A stretch of 64,000 bases of DNA, from the NCBI GenBank assembly GCA_036259475.1, contig DATABS010000071.1:3913-67912 (forward strand), given 5' to 3'. Below are positions 62,561 to 64,000 of this stretch, in pieces. The first letter of the stretch is position 1. The number at the start of each line of letters is the position of its first letter. The notes under the pieces are model-generated. The model saw only the letters and a program-made list of their open reading frames with translations. It searched no databases and was not told where the DNA came from. A program made the position numbers and the translations under genes. The DNA comes from Acidimicrobiia bacterium. Its GTDB lineage: Bacteria; Actinomycetota; Acidimicrobiia; Spongiisociales; ZC4RG35.

Positions 62561-62755
62561 TCAGAATCGGCGGCGACGCAGGCGACGTGGCATCCAGTCG
62601 CACGTGTTGTCGGCGATCGCCTGTTCCAACTCTTCGACGGTGTGCTTTTCACAGCGAGCGCCGTCCGGCGTAGTCGCCCAGGCCGTTTGATCACATCGCC
62701 CACACCGAGGGAGGGGCCGGATCCTGGCAAGTTCGAAAACGTTCATCGCCGTCAT
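62561..62755 (-). CDS. small Cys4 hypothetical protein
   Basis: MTAMNVFELARIRPLPRCGRCDQ...CEKH...CDWMPRRLRRRRF. A weak AGGAAG RBS is present. Confidence 0.3.
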   Translation of the reverse strand: MTAMNVFELARIRPLPRCGRCDQTAWATTPDGARCEKHTVEELEQAIADNTCDWMPRRLRRRRF

Positions 62756-62846
62756 GGGCTTCCTATCGGAAGTCCGCTTACCGGCCGATATGGCCATATC
62801 GGACACCATCGGAAGGACTAGTCACCGAAACGTGCGGGGGAAGCGG

Positions 62847-64000
62847 CTACTTGGGGGCACTCGCCGCCCGCTCCTGGGCAATCAGAAGAGTCCGTAGCCG
62901 ATCGGTGTCATCGGCGGTCCAGTCTTCGGGAGAGGCGACGGCCGCCCACCCGTTGGCGAACAAACCGGCGTAGTTGTGGCCGTGGCCGGCCGGGACATCG
63001 ATGCTGTTCGCCAGGTCGACCGTGAGTTGGAGGAAGGTCACCAACGGAAACCATGAGACCTTTGGCAACCCCTCCCCCCCTGTCGGCTCCTCCAGCCAGT
63101 CCGGCCGCCTCAGAATGATGCGGGGCGTCCACCACACGACCGGATCGGAGGCGTACTGCAGGTACAGCACCCGGGGACGGGACCATGATTCCATCGGGGA
63201 CTCGATCTGTTCCGGCCCCGAGGCGAACCTGACCGTCTCGCCGTCCTCGTATAGGGGGAGGCGCTGGGGCGAACCGGGCTCGCGTTCTTCGGTGAAGGAG
63301 GACCACAATTCGCTGAAGTTGGGCGGCCCCGCCCACAGCACGCCATCGGTGCGGTTGCGGATGTCTGCGACACCGCTGAAGGCAGCCTCGGAGCCATCCG
63401 CTCCCAGACTCTCACCGAAAACCAAGAGACGCGGGCGGTCGTTCTCGGGCAGCGAGGCCCATCTTTCGTAGACGGCATTGAACAATGCCGCCCCGGCCTC
63501 CCGGGCTCGCCCTGAGTCCACCAGAAAGGAGATCCAGCTGGGGAGATAGGAGTACTGAAGTGACGCAATCGCCGTGTCGCCGGCCCAGATGTACTCGAGA
63601 GCGTTGGCCGCCTGCGGATCCACCCACCCGGTACCGGTGGCGGTAGCGACACACAGAATCTCTCGCTCGAAGGCGCCGGTGCGTTCGAGTTCATCGAGCA
63701 CCAACTGGATCCGGCCTTGCAGTGTGGGGTGGGAGGCCAGACCCACGTAAACCCGGATCGGCTGGCGGGCGATCTCTCCCCCGAACTCGGTCAGGTCGTT
63801 GAGGCTCGGTCCACCGGCCACGAACGTCCGGCCCTTGGAGCCCAGGCTCTGCCAACTGACCAGCGACTCGGGGGATCCCGACCGCAAGGCGCTGGTCGGC
63901 TGGACGGCGTCGTCGGCGACGATCCGATCGCTCACGCGGAATGTCTCGTCGGCCGCGTCGAAGAAGCGGTCGACGACGAAACCGTCGAGAAGACCTACGA
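62847..64000 (-). CDS. alpha/beta-hydrolase family protein (Abhydrolase_9-like), N-terminus outside the window
   Basis: The ORF continues open upstream of the listed GTG at 63935 as far as the window edge. The body resembles membrane-associated alpha/beta hydrolases (LLVFGESLGA). Confidence 0.6.
   Translation of the reverse strand, partial: VGLLDGFVVDRFFDAADETFRVSDRIVADDAVQPTSALRSGSPESLVSWQSLGSKGRTFVAGGPSLNDLTEFGGEIARQPIRVYVGLASHPTLQGRIQLVLDELERTGAFEREILCVATATGTGWVDPQAANALEYIWAGDTAIASLQYSYLPSWISFLVDSGRAREAGAALFNAVYERWASLPENDRPRLLVFGESLGADGSEAAFSGVADIRNRTDGVLWAGPPNFSELWSSFTEEREPGSPQRLPLYEDGETVRFASGPEQIESPMESWSRPRVLYLQYASDPVVWWTPRIILRRPDWLEEPTGGEGLPKVSWFPLVTFLQLTVDLANSIDVPAGHGHNYAGLFANGWAAVASPEDWTADDTDRLRTLLIAQERAASAPK

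Overview
This is a high-GC (about 68-70%) Actinobacteria-type chromosomal segment. Almost every gene sits on the minus strand and is tightly packed, often with 4-nt stop/start overlaps. Read along the minus strand, from 64000 down to 1, the blocks are as follows. (a) A partial alpha/beta hydrolase, a small Cys-rich ORF, a pirin, a patatin-like lipase, a double-GNAT MshD-like protein, a zinc-ribbon miniprotein and an APH-like kinase. (b) thrS plus a coupled membrane protein, then a plus-strand pair of an EF-G paralog and citrate synthase. (c) The phosphatidylinositol-mannoside locus: pgsA, an acyltransferase, and a pimA-like GT4. (d) pdxS-pdxT-yebC-ruvC-ruvA-ruvB-queA-tgt-yajC-apt-rel, with no secDF. 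(e) A beta-propeller protein, a metallo-beta-lactamase (MBL) hydrolase, hisS-aspS, an esterase, rarA, alaS-ruvX-mltG-aroE, a DUF4388 protein with a poly-Asp tract, a prepilin peptidase, and aroC-aroK-aroB-efp-nusB. (f) The pyrimidine biosynthesis operon pyrR-pyrB-pyrC-carA-carB-pyrD-pyrF, an antisense SDR, mihF-gmk-rpoZ-coaBC-metK, and a priA with degenerate ATPase motifs. (g) A catabolic operon: a four-gene NMT1/NitT-TauT-type ABC transporter, a carbon-nitrogen hydrolase, a class III aminotransferase and a dihydropyrimidinase, which looks like reductive pyrimidine/hydantoin degradation. No rRNA, tRNA, CRISPR array or obvious mobile element was seen. The non-coding signals of note are: a PyrR-binding RNA motif overlapping the pyrR ribosome-binding site; three ~80-bp MIRU-like tandem repeats upstream of aroC whose 19-bp near-palindromic core recurs upstream of pimA; a cluster of three hairpins with identical CCCCCAC/GTGGGGG stems in the amidase-aminotransferase spacer; and a (GAC/GAT)13 microsatellite encoding a D13 tract. 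Many long Arg/Pro/Gly-rich ORFs in the track are shadow ORFs of the real genes.
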